Of a stretch of 43,782 bases of DNA, positions 1 through 9,474 are shown piece by piece. The DNA comes from Candidatus Bipolaricaulia bacterium (lineage in GTDB: Bacteria > Bipolaricaulota > Bipolaricaulia > JBHIAT01): assembly GCA_046758705.1 (NCBI GenBank), contig JBHIAT010000008.1:1-43782 (forward strand). The letters are read 5' to 3'. Position 1 is the stretch's first letter. Each line of letters starts with the position of its first letter. Below the pieces are notes generated by a model that had not been told where the DNA came from, did not search any database, and was given only the letters and a program-made list of their open reading frames with translations. Both the position numbers and the translations under genes were made by a program.

Positions 1-304
1 GACTTTCGATGGCCGCGTTCTCAGCCGGGAGCCCAAACGCATCCCATCCCATCGGGGTGAGCACGTTCTTACCCCGCATCAGGTAGAATCGAGCGATCGC
101 ATCGCCGATGACATAATTGCGTCCGTGCCCGACGTGCAGCGTCCCCGACGGATAGGGATACATGTTCAGGTAGTAGAATTTGTTGGCGGTATCGCCGATA
201 TCGGCCTTAAAGAAGCCTTGTTCACGCCAGAAATCCCGCCATCGCTCCTCAATCCGCTTGAAGTCATAGGGCCCCGTCTCGACCTGCCCTGCCCGTTCTA
301 CCAT
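1..304 (-). CDS. leuS: Leucine--tRNA ligase, N-terminal part (runs off the window start)
   Basis: Manual translation of the minus strand from ATG at 304 gives [26 protein letters not shown]...[60 protein letters not shown], with the HIGH-type motif and the LeuRS signature [13 protein letters not shown]. It is not in the ORF track. The start overlaps the stop of the upstream phosphomutase gene. Confidence 0.96.
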   Translation of the reverse strand, partial: MVERAGQVETGPYDFKRIEERWRDFWREQGFFKADIGDTANKFYYLNMYPYPSGTLHVGHGRNYVIGDAIARFYLMRGKNVLTPMGWDAFGLPAENAAIES

Positions 305-1782
305 AATCTAAGATCCCCCCTCGCATAGCGTTCTGCAGCATCCAGCACCTCGCCGAGTTTGTCGGGCGCGTTCATCTCTGTGTACAATCTGAGCACCGGC
401 TCCGTGCCCGAGGGACGAAACAGCAACCAGCCGTCGTCGAACCGCAGCTTGATCCCATCCAGGTCTTCGATCGTCCGCAGCCGTCTGTCGGCGAACTGGT
501 CCGGCGGACGTTGCGTTAAACGCGCGACGACGCGGTCACGATCCTCCACATGATCCAGATGCAGATCCCTGCGTTCGTAGTAGTGATAGCCGATCCCCTG
601 CATCATCTTATCGATGATCTCGCTCATCGGGCATCGGTGGACGGCGGTGATCTCAAGGAGCAGCAGGGCCATCAATGCCCCATCCCGGTCGGGGATATGG
701 TCCTTGATGCCGATTCCGCCGCTCTCCTCTCCACCGATCAGAATATCATCCTTCAAAAACAGCTCGCTGACGTACTTGAAACCGATCGGAACCTCGTGAA
801 CCGTGACCCGGTGTTGAGCGGCGATCCGATTGGCCATGTCAGTCAGGGCAAACGACTTCACCGCCTTGCCGGTCCAACCGCGCGCCTCAACCAGGTGTTT
901 GAAGATCAACGCATAGCAGCGATGGGAGTCGATCAACACACCGTTCTCATCCATCCCGGCGACTCGATCTCCATCACCGTCGGTGGCCAAGCCGATCAGG
1001 ATCTCCCCCGTTTGCTGCCGGCGTCGTTCCGATGCGATCACTGCCTTGAGCGGGACCAGGTTCCTGGCCAGCGGCTCTGGATGGCCGCGGCCGAAGTAGG
1101 GGTTGTTCGCCGTTCGAATCTCGACGTATGACACCCCAATCTCATCGAGCACATCGGCGATACAACCGCGGGCCGAGCCGTACATCGCATCGATCACCAC
1201 GTGCAACGGAGCGCTGCGGATTCGCTCGCGATCGATGAGCTCCCCGAGACGTTTGAGATAGGGCGTCTTAAGGTCAACGCGTTTCAGTTGATCAGGTCGA
1301 TGTTGAGGCGCGCTGAATCGCCTCGGGATACGGCGCTCGATCGCGGCGGTCACCTCAGGTGGAACGGAACTGGCGAACTCAGCCTTGATCTTGAGTCCGT
1401 TGTACTGCGGGGGGTTGTGGGAGGCGGTGATCATCACCCCGGCGGCGGCCCGTCGGTCCTCCACCGCGTAAGAGAGAGCCGGCGTGGGGATCGGTTCCGC
1501 CGAAAGATAAGCCGGGATCTCCTCATCCATGAGCACGGTGCCGACCTGCGCAGCGAATGCCTCGGAGAGAAATCGGGTGTCGTAACCGATCACCACCCCG
1601 CTCGTCGCCGGTCGATATTCGCTTCCCCATTCGGTATAGATCGACGCCTTTTTGCGATCTGGCGATTTGAGGTAGTCGGCGATCGCCCGAGCGACCCGAC
1701 CGACGTTTGCGAACGTGAAATCCTCAGCGATGACCCCGCGCCAACCGTCGGTCCCGAAGTGGATCTCCCCCACAGCCGACAT
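298..1782 (-). CDS. Phosphoglucomutase/phosphomannomutase (alpha-D-phosphohexomutase) family protein
   Basis: Motifs FGTDGWRG, catalytic TASHNP, metal loop DGDGDR, GEESGG and RPSGTEP. Confidence 0.95.
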   Translation of the reverse strand: MSAVGEIHFGTDGWRGVIAEDFTFANVGRVARAIADYLKSPDRKKASIYTEWGSEYRPATSGVVIGYDTRFLSEAFAAQVGTVLMDEEIPAYLSAEPIPTPALSYAVEDRRAAAGVMITASHNPPQYNGLKIKAEFASSVPPEVTAAIERRIPRRFSAPQHRPDQLKRVDLKTPYLKRLGELIDRERIRSAPLHVVIDAMYGSARGCIADVLDEIGVSYVEIRTANNPYFGRGHPEPLARNLVPLKAVIASERRRQQTGEILIGLATDGDGDRVAGMDENGVLIDSHRCYALIFKHLVEARGWTGKAVKSFALTDMANRIAAQHRVTVHEVPIGFKYVSELFLKDDILIGGEESGGIGIKDHIPDRDGALMALLLLEITAVHRCPMSEIIDKMMQGIGYHYYERRDLHLDHVEDRDRVVARLTQRPPDQFADRRLRTIEDLDGIKLRFDDGWLLFRPSGTEPVLRLYTEMNAPDKLGEVLDAAERYARGDLRLW

Positions 1783-1890
1783 AGCTCCCCCTCTGACATA
1801 AACGGGTCAGCGGATCAGTAATCAACAATCAACACTCCCACACCGAACCCAGCCACTCGTTCCCGACTCATGTCTACCAGTGTCTACCAG

Positions 1891-2151
1891 TCAGTCGAAC
1901 GAGTCGACGATCCGTTCTACATGATCAGGCAGCTGAATGGAGTTCTCCCGGATGATTTCCCGGATCAGATCCCTGGGCAGACAGGTCTCCACCCAGATTG
2001 ACCGGACATCCACGGCCCCGTTCTTGACGGGAATCTTGTACAACACGTTCTCGATGGCTCGTTTGTAGCTTTGGTAACATTCGTTGCTCTTACTCTTACT
2101 CTTACTCTCACTCTCACTCTCAGTGTTCTCACTGCCGTGCTCCTCAGTCAT
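1891..2151 (-). CDS. Small hypothetical protein (86 aa) with a low-complexity ES/KS N-terminus
   Basis: ORF with a purine-rich RBS (GGGGAGGG) upstream on the minus strand, co-oriented with neighbours. No family recognised. Confidence 0.65.
   Translation of the reverse strand: MTEEHGSENTESESESKSKSKSNECYQSYKRAIENVLYKIPVKNGAVDVRSIWVETCLPRDLIREIIRENSIQLPDHVERIVDSFD
2087..2122. repeat. Hexamer microsatellite (CTCTTA)3(CTCTCA)3 encoding ESESESKSKSKS
   Basis: Read directly from the sequence. Confidence 0.9.
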
Positions 2152-2195
2152 GGCTTCTTAATCCCTCCCCCACAACCTTGACGCCCCGGTTTCGT

Positions 2196-3359
2196 TCAGA
2201 GGCGATATCGGACCGTATAACCGACCTTCACTTCCTCGCCTGCTTCCACCGGCACATTGAATTCGATCGTCTCTGCGTCGACCTTGCGATAGTCATGGCT
2301 CGCCTGAATGATCTGCCAATCCCCCTGGAGATGTTCCACCACACGCACCCGGACTCCCTCTGGCTTTCGGTTCTTCAGCATGATTTCGAATGAATCTTCA
2401 AAGATCTGGGCTCCTCGCTTGATGTGATCCGTCTGGGTGCGTTCTGCGACCAGATCGAAGGCGATTCCCACCGTGAGTCGGACCAGCTCGTCCTCGGGTG
2501 TATTAGCGATCTGATCCTCGCCGATGAACTGCCTCGTCCCGGTCTTATCCTCCTGATACAACCGGAAGATACCGGCGGGCAACGGCTCTCCCAGGCCGTG
2601 TTCCATCGAATTGACGAACTGAAACCCGAACCGAACCCCGGGCTCCCGTTGTCCTTCGAATATAAAAACCGACTCAACCTGGATCCCATCGGCTCTCAGG
2701 AACGGGATCTGCTTTGTCTCTCCTGCACCGAGGGTCATCGGTCGAGCGAGCCGGTACAGGTGGTATTCGCCGACCTGTTCCCGGACCGGTGCCGCCAGGG
2801 CCGCCTCGAACTGCACCCGCGACCCCGGCCCGAAGCCGACCCGACGGATCTGGCCGGCTATCAGGCCCACCTGGGCCTCCTCGTAGGTGGCCCCGGAGTT
2901 GTTGGAAATCGAGGCCCAGCTGTCGAAACCCAACCGCGCCCCGTTCGCGTCGAGCAAGCCTACATAGTGCATCGTCCAGTTGACCCCCTCGGTCAGGTAG
3001 CTGAGTTCCATCCGATACGTCCCGGCACGTTCGCTGACCAGCCTCCAGGTCAGCTCCGGCCCTACGATCAGCTCGTCCAGATGGACACCCTCAGCATCCT
3101 CCACCATTCTCAAGAAGATCGAACTGGGGATGATCCGATCGGGCAGCCCCGCCAGTCGCTTGAGGTTCATTCCCGGTTCCAGGGTCAGCATCCGGATCTC
3201 GTGGACCAACGCCAGGTCATCACTGTAGATCGTCAACGCCACCTGCTCCCCGGCTGCAAGGACAGGAACGGTCCAGGGGAACAGGCCGATCAAAGCGATG
3301 ATCCACACGAGATAACCGGCTCTCTCTCTTACCGCTTTGCACCCGGCGATCCAATACAT
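2196..3359 (-). CDS. DUF4139-like exported protein
   Basis: Signal-peptide-like N-terminus; motifs VALTIY, LSYLTEGVNW, YHLYRLARPMTL, LGEPLPAG, FIGEDQI.NTP and GIAFDL are typical of DUF4139 proteins. Confidence 0.8.
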   Translation of the reverse strand: MYWIAGCKAVRERAGYLVWIIALIGLFPWTVPVLAAGEQVALTIYSDDLALVHEIRMLTLEPGMNLKRLAGLPDRIIPSSIFLRMVEDAEGVHLDELIVGPELTWRLVSERAGTYRMELSYLTEGVNWTMHYVGLLDANGARLGFDSWASISNNSGATYEEAQVGLIAGQIRRVGFGPGSRVQFEAALAAPVREQVGEYHLYRLARPMTLGAGETKQIPFLRADGIQVESVFIFEGQREPGVRFGFQFVNSMEHGLGEPLPAGIFRLYQEDKTGTRQFIGEDQIANTPEDELVRLTVGIAFDLVAERTQTDHIKRGAQIFEDSFEIMLKNRKPEGVRVRVVEHLQGDWQIIQASHDYRKVDAETIEFNVPVEAGEEVKVGYTVRYRL

Positions 3360-3383
3360 GCTGCTTTCTCACCCCGTATGTGA

Positions 3384-3412
3384 ATTATAATCTGTGTCGA
3401 ACGATTTATCAA
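3384..3412 (-). promoter_or_regulatory. Sigma70-type promoter for the leftward genes
   Basis: Minus strand TTGATA (3412-3407), 17 bp spacer, TATAAT (3389-3384). Confidence 0.7.
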
Positions 3413-3473
3413 AAGAAGGTGAAAAAAGGGAACCAGATCGCTGTCCATATGGGCTCCCTCCACGTCTGGAGAC

Positions 3474-3502
3474 TGGACAAATTCGGACTATTATGGTATA
3501 CT
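3474..3502 (+). promoter_or_regulatory. Sigma70-type promoter of the suf operon (extended -10)
   Basis: TGGACA (3474-3479), 17 bp spacer, TGnTATACT (-10 at 3497-3502). Confidence 0.65.
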
Positions 3503-3517
3503 TTTAGCGAACCTAAA
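3503..3517. promoter_or_regulatory. Candidate DtxR/MntR-family metal-repressor operator
   Basis: Palindrome TTTAG-cgaac-CTAAA immediately after the -10 box of the suf promoter. Confidence 0.45.
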
Positions 3518-3546
3518 CCGATGGAGGTTTCGTTAACGAAACGAAG

Positions 3547-4335
3547 ATGACAACAGAAACAGAGCTGGTAATCAGCGGGTTGCGTGCCAAGGTTGCGGAA
3601 CAAGACGACGAGGAGATCCTGAACGGGGTTGACCTCAAGATCGGTAAGGGCAAGATCCATGCCCTGATGGGTCCCAACGGCTCGGGGAAGAGCACATTAG
3701 CCTACATCCTCATGGGCCATCCGTCGTATGTAGTGACCGCCGGGGAGGTCTGGTTCAAGGGCAAGAATCTGCTTGACCTAGATCCCGACGAGCGGGCCCA
3801 TCTCGGGTTGTTCCTGGCGTTTCAGTACCCCATGGAGATCGAAGGGGTACCGCTCTCCCACTTCCTGTGGACATCGGTCAAAAGTCGCCGGGAGGCCGGC
3901 AGGGATGGCGGCCCCGGAACCGTCCGCGAATTCAGGGCACTCCTCAAGGAGAAAGTCAATTTGCTGGGTCTGGACGAGTCGTTTGTGAACCGTTACCTCA
4001 ACGAGGGGTTCTCCGGGGGCGAGAAGAAGCGGGCGGAGATCATCCAGATGCTCGTCCTGAACCCGGAGATCGCCGTTTTAGATGAGACCGACTCCGGTCT
4101 GGACATCGATTCGATCAAGATCGTCGCCGAGGCGATCAATCAAATGCGGGGACCAGATTTCGGAGCACTGATCATCACCCATTATCAGCGCATCTTGAAC
4201 TACATCAAGCCTGATTTCGTCCACGTCATGGTCAACGGGAAGATCGCTCAGAGTGGTGATGAGACCCTGGCTCACGAACTCGAAGCACGAGGATACGACT
4301 GGATCATCGAGCAATACCAGGAGCAGGAGGTGTGA
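3547..4335 (+). CDS. sufC: Fe-S cluster assembly ATPase SufC
   Basis: GPNGSGKST, FLAFQYP, NEGFSGGEKKR, LDETDSGLDID and IITHYQR motifs; first gene of the suf operon; GGAGG RBS. Confidence 0.97.
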   Translation: MTTETELVISGLRAKVAEQDDEEILNGVDLKIGKGKIHALMGPNGSGKSTLAYILMGHPSYVVTAGEVWFKGKNLLDLDPDERAHLGLFLAFQYPMEIEGVPLSHFLWTSVKSRREAGRDGGPGTVREFRALLKEKVNLLGLDESFVNRYLNEGFSGGEKKRAEIIQMLVLNPEIAVLDETDSGLDIDSIKIVAEAINQMRGPDFGALIITHYQRILNYIKPDFVHVMVNGKIAQSGDETLAHELEARGYDWIIEQYQEQEV

Positions 4336-4342
4336 CGCAACC

Positions 4343-7333
4343 ATGGTTGATGAGATGAAACATCTGGGTGAGAAGAAGCGCGGGTCTCGGGTCAAAGAGA
4401 AACAAGAACGAGAGCGCAGGCAGCGCGAGGAACTGACCCTCGACTACTCAAAGTTCGACTTCAAGTATCCGGAAAAATCCGTCTATAAGACGGGCAAGGG
4501 CATCTCTGCTCGGGTGGTGGAGGAGATTTCCCACCTCAAAGAGGAGTCCGACTGGATGCGCGAGTTTCGCCTCAAGGCCTACAATGTCTTCAACCAGAAA
4601 CCGATGCCCACCTGGGGTGCGGATCTGTCCAGGATCCACTTCGACGAGTTCACCTATTACCTGCGTCCTACAGACGAACAGGCGCGAAGTTGGGACGATG
4701 TCCCGGAGGAGATCAAGCAGACCTTCGACCGTCTGGGGATTCCGGAGGCGGAGCGCAAGTTCCTGGCCGGCGTCGGTGCCCAATACGACTCCGAGATGGT
4801 CTATCACAGTATCAGAAAGGATCTGGAGAAGCAGGGTGTCATCTTCCTCGGCATGGACGACGGTCTGCGAGAGTATCCCGATATCGTCAAGGAGTATATC
4901 GGTACTATCATCCCCATCGAGGACAATAAGTTCGCTGCCCTGAACAGCGCGGTGTGGAGCGGAGGATCCTTCGTCTACGTCCCCGAGGGCGTGCACGTGG
5001 AGATTCCGTTGCAGGCCTACTTCCGCATCAATGCGTCGAACATGGGCCAGTTTGAACGGACGTTGATCATCGCCGAGCCGGGGAGCAAGGTCCACTATAT
5101 CGAGGGGTGCCTTCCGACTGGGGAGAAGGTGTGCACCGGGGAGCGCTGGATAGGCATTGAGGCGATCCGTCCAGGCGATGTGGTGATCAACGGCGATGGC
5201 GAAGAGACAAGCGTTCGAGCAGTCCAGACCCGACCCTACCGCGGGGATCTGGTGGAGATCCGCCCGCTCTCGCCGGGAAACACCTTCCAGTTGACACCAG
5301 AGCATCCCGTTCTAGCGGTGAAAAGAACGGAGGTGTTGGCCAAGAGAAAGCCACGGAACAACTGGCTGCCGGAAGTGGATACGCAAAAGTTGTTGTCCGC
5401 CGAACCTCACTACATCGAGGCGGCAAATCTGGAGGTGGGAGACTTCCTCGTCTTCCCTGTCAACAAGGTGGTTCGGGACAATGAGGAGTACACAGAAGAT
5501 CTGCTGCGCCTGCTCGGCTACTATCTGGCTGAAGGGTCGGCGTTCGTCAACCGGACACTCAACATGCCGGTCGTCTCTTTCTCGTTCGGCCAGCACGAGC
5601 GAGCGTACATCGAAGAGGTCAAAGAGCTCGTCGGGCGGGTAACCGGCAAGCCCATCTATGAGGTGGAGGACCATCAAAGCGGGGTCAGCCTGATCGTGTA
5701 CTCGCAGGACCTCATGGAACGGTGTATCGCTGCCTGTGGGAAGCACGCTTCCGACAAGCGCTTAAACAAGGAGATCATGGAGCTTCCCCCGGAAAAGCAG
5801 GCTCACCTGTTGGAGACCTACTTCTTCGGGGATAGCAGCGTATATCGTCAAGGACGAACGATGGTTCGGGCCTCTACAGCCTCCAGGGTACTGGCCGGAC
5901 AGCTCCAGGAGTTGCTGGCGCGACAGGGTATCTACGCCAGCATCATGATCCGCAAGGGCGGTGAGGACACCCTCCTCAGCCGATCCATCACCCGTCAAGA
6001 TCAGTACATTCTCTACTACACGCCGGATAAGAAGCACAGTCAGGTGCGTTACACCGGCGATGACTTCCTGGTTCCCATCAAAGCGTTGAACCACATCCCT
6101 TATGACGGGCCGGTCTTCAACTTTGCCGTGTCCGGGAAGCCCAATTCCTATCTGACACGGGGCTTTGTCGTTCATAACTGCACCGCCCCCGTCTACACGA
6201 CCGAGTCGCTCCATTCAGCGGTGGTGGAGATCATCGCCAAGCCGGGGGCTCATGTGCGTTACACCACTCTTCAGAACTGGTCGAGCGACGTCTACAACCT
6301 GGTGACCAAGCGGGCAGTCGCCTATCAGGATGCTCAGGTGGAATGGGTGGACGCCAACATCGGCTGCTTAACCGCCGACACCAAGGTCTTTCTCAATCCG
6401 AGAGGTGCCGTCAGCATCAAGGACGTCAAGCCGGATGATCGGATCTATGCGCTCGATCTTAACTCCATGCGTGTGATCAAGCACCGAGTAAATGGAGTCG
6501 TATGTACGGGTGTTAAGCCGGTCTTCAAGTTGATCACCGAGAATCACCGGGAGATTAAAGCCACCGCCAATCACCCCTTCTTGACGCTTAGTCGACCGGT
6601 GTTTGGCAAGATGTGGCAGCTGAGGTGGAAGCCGTTGGAAACGCTCAAGCCCGGAGATTACATCGGGATCATCCAAGGTCTGCCAGATGAGGGGATCCCC
6701 GTGGAGTTTGTGCGCATCCTCTCGATCGAACCGCTCGGTGAAGAAGCCGTGTATGACATCGAAGTAGAAGACGCACACAACTTCCTGGCAAACGGACTGG
6801 TCGTGCACAACAGTCGGGTGACTATGAAGTACCCTTCGATCTACATGTTGGGCAAGGGCGCCAAGGCCGACATTCTGTCGGTCGCCTATGCGGGCAAGGG
6901 ACAGCATCAAGACGCCGGCGGCAAGGCGATCCATGCCGCCCCCTATACCACCTCAACGATCACCTCCAAGTCGATCAGCAAGGACGGCGGCCGGGCCACG
7001 TACCGCGGCCACCTGAAGGTGGCCCAAGGCGCGGTCGGCTCGAAGGCCAACGTCATGTGCGATGCGTTGCTGCTCGATGAACACTCTCGGTCGGACACCT
7101 ATCCGTACATCGAGATCGACGAGGACCGGGTGACGGTCGGCCATGAGGCAACCGTCGGCAAGGTGGGAGAGGACCAGATCTTCTACCTGATGAGCCGCGG
7201 TCTGTCCGAGGCACAGGCGCTGTCGATGATCGTGCTCGGGTTCATGGAGCCGTTCACCAAGGTGCTACCGATGGAGTACGCGGTCGAGTTCAACCGGCTC
7301 ATCCAGCTCGAGATGGAGGGCTCGGTCGGATAA
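4343..7333 (+). CDS. sufB: Fe-S cluster assembly protein SufB precursor with two inteins (996 aa; about 490 aa after splicing)
   Basis: SufB motifs FAALNSAVWSGGSF, GQFERTLII, HYIEG/CTAP, TMKYP and LPMEYAVE are interrupted twice. ATG at 4343 follows GGAGG. Confidence 0.96.
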   Translation: MVDEMKHLGEKKRGSRVKEKQERERRQREELTLDYSKFDFKYPEKSVYKTGKGISARVVEEISHLKEESDWMREFRLKAYNVFNQKPMPTWGADLSRIHFDEFTYYLRPTDEQARSWDDVPEEIKQTFDRLGIPEAERKFLAGVGAQYDSEMVYHSIRKDLEKQGVIFLGMDDGLREYPDIVKEYIGTIIPIEDNKFAALNSAVWSGGSFVYVPEGVHVEIPLQAYFRINASNMGQFERTLIIAEPGSKVHYIEGCLPTGEKVCTGERWIGIEAIRPGDVVINGDGEETSVRAVQTRPYRGDLVEIRPLSPGNTFQLTPEHPVLAVKRTEVLAKRKPRNNWLPEVDTQKLLSAEPHYIEAANLEVGDFLVFPVNKVVRDNEEYTEDLLRLLGYYLAEGSAFVNRTLNMPVVSFSFGQHERAYIEEVKELVGRVTGKPIYEVEDHQSGVSLIVYSQDLMERCIAACGKHASDKRLNKEIMELPPEKQAHLLETYFFGDSSVYRQGRTMVRASTASRVLAGQLQELLARQGIYASIMIRKGGEDTLLSRSITRQDQYILYYTPDKKHSQVRYTGDDFLVPIKALNHIPYDGPVFNFAVSGKPNSYLTRGFVVHNCTAPVYTTESLHSAVVEIIAKPGAHVRYTTLQNWSSDVYNLVTKRAVAYQDAQVEWVDANIGCLTADTKVFLNPRGAVSIKDVKPDDRIYALDLNSMRVIKHRVNGVVCTGVKPVFKLITENHREIKATANHPFLTLSRPVFGKMWQLRWKPLETLKPGDYIGIIQGLPDEGIPVEFVRILSIEPLGEEAVYDIEVEDAHNFLANGLVVHNSRVTMKYPSIYMLGKGAKADILSVAYAGKGQHQDAGGKAIHAAPYTTSTITSKSISKDGGRATYRGHLKVAQGAVGSKANVMCDALLLDEHSRSDTYPYIEIDEDRVTVGHEATVGKVGEDQIFYLMSRGLSEAQALSMIVLGFMEPFTKVLPMEYAVEFNRLIQLEMEGSVG
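5108..6178 (+). mobile_element. Intein 1 in SufB (357 aa) with a LAGLIDADG homing endonuclease domain
   Basis: Begins CLPTGEKV after HYIEG; block B TPEHP; LAGLIDADG-like LLGYYLAEGS and LLETYFFGDSS; ends VVHN before Cys+1 (CTAP). Confidence 0.95.
6365..6811 (+). mobile_element. Intein 2 in SufB (149-aa mini-intein, no endonuclease)
   Basis: Begins CLTADTKV after DANIG; block B TANHPF; block F/G VYDIEVEDAHNFLANGLVVHN before Ser+1 (SRVTMKYP). Confidence 0.95.
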
Positions 7334-7359
7334 CCGTCCGAGAGGAGGCGCATCGCAAC

Positions 7360-8682
7360 ATGAAAGTCCAAGTCAAGCGGATCTCCCGTGAGGCGGTCGA
7401 GGCGCTTTCCGATCTCCAGGATGAGCCTGAATGGCTGCGAAATCGGAGGGTCGAGGCGCTCGCCGTCGCCGAGGAGTTGCCGCTTCCCGAAACCCGTTAT
7501 ACCAAAATCCGGGGCTTTCACCTGGAGGAGATCGTCCCCTATGCCAATAACAAGCAGCAGGCGGCCCTCACCGAGCTTGAAGACCTGCCCGACGAACTGC
7601 GTGCCATCTTAGCGGGGGCACAGGGCGGTCTGTTAGTTCAGATCGACTCCGAACCGGTACACATCCAATTGCCCACGACCCTGGCTGAGCAGGGAGTCAT
7701 CTTCACCGACATGAACACGGCGATCCGGGAACACCTGGAGCTGGTTCGGCACCATCTGATGGTCCAGGTCGCTCGCACCGAGCACAAGTTCACTGCACTC
7801 CATGAGGCGTTGTTCAGCGGGGGAGCGCTGCTCTACGTGCCCCAGGGGGTCGAGATCGATGAGCCGATCTACGCGCTCTATCTGATGCGGACGCCGCACA
7901 TCGGGATGTTTAACCACACCCTGATCATCGCCGAGCCGGGGAGCCGGGTCACCTATCTGGAGGAGACTGAGTCGCTGTCCTCCATGGACGGCCAGTCGTT
8001 GCACACCGCGGTCGCCGAGGTCTATCTCGGGGCGGGTGCCGAGGTGACCTTCGGCGGGATCCAGAATTGGGGACCCCAGGTCTACGACTTCGTCACCCGC
8101 AAGTCACAGGGAGATCGGGGCAGTCAGATGCGCTGGACGCTCGGCTGGTTGGGGAGCAAGCTCACCTTCTCGAAGGTGGCCAGCCATCTGGCCGGACCCG
8201 GAGCGCGCGCTGAGGACCTTCAGATCTTCTTTGGGGGAGCCAAGCAGCATTTCGACCTGACCTCCAACCTGCGCCATGAACAACCGCATACGGTGGGCGA
8301 GGTGACCGTGAAGGGGATTCTCAAGGATCGGGCCCGATCGGTCTTCAACGGCCTGATCCGCATCGAGCCGGGGGCTCAGGGCTCGAACGCTTATCAGGCG
8401 GAGCGGGCGATGATCCTGAACTCAGGAGCAAAGTCAGACGCAATCCCGGCGTTGGAGATTGAGGCGGATGATGTGCGGGCTACCCATGCCGCCTCCGCCA
8501 GCCAGATGGACGCCGAGCAGATCTTCTATCTGAAGAGCCGCGGGCTCAATGACGATCAGGCCCGCAAGATGATCGTCGACGGCTTCTTCGAGCCGACGAT
8601 CCAGCTGGTTCCGCTTCCGGTGCTGCGCGAGCGGATCAGAGGCCTGATCGACGGGAAGTGGAACGCTCGACCCGATAGGTGA
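7360..8682 (+). CDS. sufD: Fe-S cluster assembly protein SufD
   Basis: SufBD beta-helix family: FNGLIRI, IPALEIEADDVRATHAAS, QIFYLKSRGL; follows sufB. Confidence 0.93.
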   Translation: MKVQVKRISREAVEALSDLQDEPEWLRNRRVEALAVAEELPLPETRYTKIRGFHLEEIVPYANNKQQAALTELEDLPDELRAILAGAQGGLLVQIDSEPVHIQLPTTLAEQGVIFTDMNTAIREHLELVRHHLMVQVARTEHKFTALHEALFSGGALLYVPQGVEIDEPIYALYLMRTPHIGMFNHTLIIAEPGSRVTYLEETESLSSMDGQSLHTAVAEVYLGAGAEVTFGGIQNWGPQVYDFVTRKSQGDRGSQMRWTLGWLGSKLTFSKVASHLAGPGARAEDLQIFFGGAKQHFDLTSNLRHEQPHTVGEVTVKGILKDRARSVFNGLIRIEPGAQGSNAYQAERAMILNSGAKSDAIPALEIEADDVRATHAASASQMDAEQIFYLKSRGLNDDQARKMIVDGFFEPTIQLVPLPVLRERIRGLIDGKWNARPDR

Positions 8683-8706
8683 TAAAATGAGGTGGGAGGG
8701 TCAGTT

Positions 8707-9150
8707 GTGGACCTTTATATGGAAGAGATCCTCGATCACTATCAAAATCCCAGGAACTTCGGCCGACTCGAAGATCCCGACATTACCCACCAGGAGGGCA
8801 ACCCCTCCTGCGGGGACGAGATCCGGATCGATATCCAGGTCCAAGATGACAAAATCGTCGACATCCGGTTCAGTGGACATGGATGCGCCATCAGTCAGGC
8901 GGCGGCTTCGATGCTGACGGAGATGGTCAAGGGCAAGGATCTCGATGAGGTCAAAAAGATCGGCAGAGAAGAGATGCTCGACGAGTTGGGGATCGAGATC
9001 GGACCGGTGCGTATGAAGTGCGCGATGCTCGCCCTCAAGGTGGTGAAAGCCGGAGTCTACGGGATCAAGGACTGGCCCGGCGAGGAACCAGAGCACGAAC
9101 ACGAACAGAAACAGGTGTTAGAGAGAGGTGCAACAGCGAGCGATGGCTGA
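8707..9150 (+). CDS. sufU: SufU/IscU-type sulfur-transfer/scaffold protein
   Basis: ILDHYQNPRNFG, GNPSCGD, GCAISQA and RMKCA. GTG at 8707 follows GGGAGG. Confidence 0.92.
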   Translation: MDLYMEEILDHYQNPRNFGRLEDPDITHQEGNPSCGDEIRIDIQVQDDKIVDIRFSGHGCAISQAAASMLTEMVKGKDLDEVKKIGREEMLDELGIEIGPVRMKCAMLALKVVKAGVYGIKDWPGEEPEHEHEQKQVLERGATASDG

Positions 9151-9460
9151 AGGTGAATTCGTCAAGGTGGCGACGACCGATGAGCTGGAGCCCGGCGGGT
9201 ACATCTCCCATGAGGTCGACGACGAGCTGATCGCCATCTACTACATCGACGGCAACTATTACGTCACCCAGGACATCTGCACCCACGACGGTGGGATCTT
9301 AACCGGTGGGACCTTGGAGGGAATGATCATCACCTGCCCCCGACACGGGGCTCAGTTCGATATCACCACGGGCGAGGTGGTGCGCATGCCGGCGTTCGAG
9401 CCGATCCAGACTCTGGAGATCAAGGTGGATGGCTCAGATATCCTCGTCCGCTTAGAATAA
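9143..9460 (+). CDS. Rieske-type [2Fe-2S] ferredoxin
   Basis: CTH...CPRHGAQFDITTG Rieske motifs; located within the suf operon. Confidence 0.93.
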   Translation: MAEGEFVKVATTDELEPGGYISHEVDDELIAIYYIDGNYYVTQDICTHDGGILTGGTLEGMIITCPRHGAQFDITTGEVVRMPAFEPIQTLEIKVDGSDILVRLE

Positions 9461-9474
9461 CGGGGGGATAACGG

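Noticed and set aside
125-328. 67-aa plus-strand ORF ([11 protein letters not shown]...)
   Set aside because: It is the antisense shadow of leuS, which has clear motifs on the minus strand.
4253-4342. Extended N-terminus of the 1026-aa sufB ORF
   Set aside because: It overlaps sufC in another frame; the RBS supports ATG 4343.
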